A stretch of 64,000 bases of DNA from Laetmonice hystrix. Its lineage: Eukaryota. Position numbers and translations under genes: made by a program. Positions 62,066-64,000 of this stretch are shown in pieces. Position 1 is the first letter of the stretch; every line of letters starts with the position of its first letter. Under the pieces are notes generated by a model that saw nothing but the letters and a program-made list of their open reading frames with translations, made no database searches and was not told where the DNA came from. The stretch lies in assembly GCA_965235115.1 (NCBI GenBank), contig OZ249436.1, forward strand, positions 69,192,001-69,256,000, read 5' to 3'.

Positions 62066-62860
62066 AACTAGAAATTGTTCAGTCCGAACAGGACGTCTCC
62101 CCTTTTTTAAAGTAATGACATCATATAATTTTTGAGAGGACTAATTAGTATGAAAGTAGTGTGTTGCAAAAGCAATGATATGGCTATGGCAGATTTTCTA
62201 TGCGAAAGAAAAGATATAATAATAGTATTAGCGGTATGTATGAAGGAAGGTATGTATGTATGTGGGTAGGGGTGTGTACCCAGGGGGCCAGAGGGGTCAA
62301 GCAGACATGGTCTGCTGTAAAAGGTTGTTGTATATGGTTGGATTCCTTAGACCCTCAGTAATAACTTCTAGGTGGACAACCTTTGCAACAACCTACTGTA
62401 ACTCTGCAATTCAAGATGGCGTCCAAGATGGCCGCCATATCTTAAACTCTCCACAATGTCGTCAATTTTTATTGAATTTTCATGTGCAATACCTCGTTTC
62501 TATGGTTCTCAGGGTAGGGGAATCCATTTATGATGGTTTCAGAGTGATAAAGACTGCAATTCAAGATGGCGTCCAAGATGGCCGCCATATCTTAAAGTCT
62601 CCATAATGTCGTCAATTTTTATTGAATTTTCATGTGCAGTACCTCGTTTCTATGGTTTTCAGGGTCGGGGAATCCATTTATGATGGTTTCAGAGTGATAA
62701 AGACTGCAATTCAAGATGGCGTCCAAGATGGCCACCATATATCATGAAATCTCCATAATGTCGTCAATTTTCATTTCATTTTCATGTGTAATACCTTGTT
62801 TTTGTGGTTTTCAGGGTTGTGGAATCTATTTATGATGATTTCAAAGTGATATATATGCTT
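62066..62860 (-). mobile_element. Non-autonomous Helitron/Helentron-like element with 150-bp internal tandem repeats
   Basis: Minus strand ends gtcc-tgttc-ggac hairpin...CTAG|T (Helitron 3' signature); (GTAT)n near 62250; 150-bp units at 62404, 62554, 62704. 5' end not defined. Confidence 0.55.
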
Positions 62861-62887
62861 TATACCATGTCAATGAAAAACAAACAT

Positions 62888-64000
62888 TAAGACATAGCCT
62901 AAGTACCAATTACTACGTTCGACTTTGACTTGAATCAGTTATAGTCCCGTGACAAAAGCGGCCCACCTAAAATCTTTGAGGGAATCCCGGAACAAGTGTA
63001 CTCTTGCTTGTCTGTGGTAGATGGCTCGCTCTCTCGCTCAATCACTCATTCACTCACCCTGCCTCAGTCAGTCAATCACTTATTCATTCATGTAGTATAG
63101 TGGAATATTGCTTGTCTGCGATGTTGGCTTAAAAGAACTGGTGATGGTATTGGCATTGCAGGTGTGTGAACCAAGATGACTAGCCAGACAGGGAAGAGAG
63201 TTGTTGAAGGAGTTGTGTCATTGGAGCGACCAAAGCAAAAGCGACAGGATCTACTGACTGTTGACTAGAAGAAGTTGTCATTTGCCAGGCAGAATCACAA
63301 AAGGGACTTGTACATGTATGCGGCCATGACTGCTCGGTAGGATGATACTTACAGAAAACTACAGGAGCACATAGCCAACGACACGTGGATCACAGACAAA
63401 TCCCCCAAATGGCATGCAAAATTCAGGAACCTCTACCTCAATGAAAAGAGCTATACTGACAGAAAGGAAGCGTCTTGGAACACCAGATAAGGCTGATCAA
63501 TCCCCAAACAGTACACTTCCCAGGTCACCTATTGCCATCACACGAAGCTTTGTTACTGATGTAACATGTACAAGTCCCTTTTGTGATTCTGCCTGGCAAA
63601 TGACAACTTCTTCTAGTCAACAGTCAGTGGATCCTCTTGCCTTTTCTTTGGTCGCTCCAATGACACAACTCCTTCAACAACTCTCTTCCCTGTCTGGCTA
63701 TTATAGTCATCTTGGTTCACACACCTGCAATGCCAATACCATCACCAGTTCTTAGAAGCCAACACCACAGACAAGCAATATTCCACTATACTACATGCAT
63801 GAGTAAGTGATTGAGTGACTGAGGCACGGTGAGTAAATGAGTGATTAAGCGAGGGAGCGAGCCATCTACCACAGACAAGCAAGAGTACACTTAATCCGGG
63901 ATTCCCTCAAAGATTTTAGGTGGGCCGTTTTTGTCACGGGACTATAACTGATTCAAGTCAAAGTCGAACGTAGTAATTGGTACTTATAGGCTATGTCTTA
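62888..64000. repeat. Long inverted duplication: arms 62888-63317 and 63564-64000 or beyond, 246-bp spacer
   Basis: The right arm is the reverse complement of the left over ~430 bp with scattered substitutions and small indels; runs off the window. Confidence 0.95.

Overview
Eukaryotic genomic DNA from an intron-rich invertebrate bilaterian (phylum not determinable), heavily loaded with repeats, with one 133-N assembly gap (34119-34251). Three genes are well supported. (1) A + strand coiled-coil protein gene of unknown family (exons 2619-2746, 3719-3874, 4229-4456) ending in two paralogous, equal-length alternative last exons (15844-15990, 16974-17120). (2) A complete three-exon BMP3/GDF10-type TGF-beta ligand gene (31394-31745, 47367-48586, 52168-52359; 587 aa). 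(3) An intronless secreted GH5 endoglycoceramidase (59049-60572) lying between two copies of a ~200-bp direct repeat. The rest is minisatellites, MITEs with clean TSDs (Harbinger, Kolobok, Academ-like), SINEs, a Helitron-like element and a ~1.1-kb inverted duplication at the right edge. The most unusual pattern is that several minisatellites are built from splice-junction sequence and start or end exactly at predicted exon boundaries, creating stacks of decoy or recursive splice sites. All calls were made by eye; no database searches were run.
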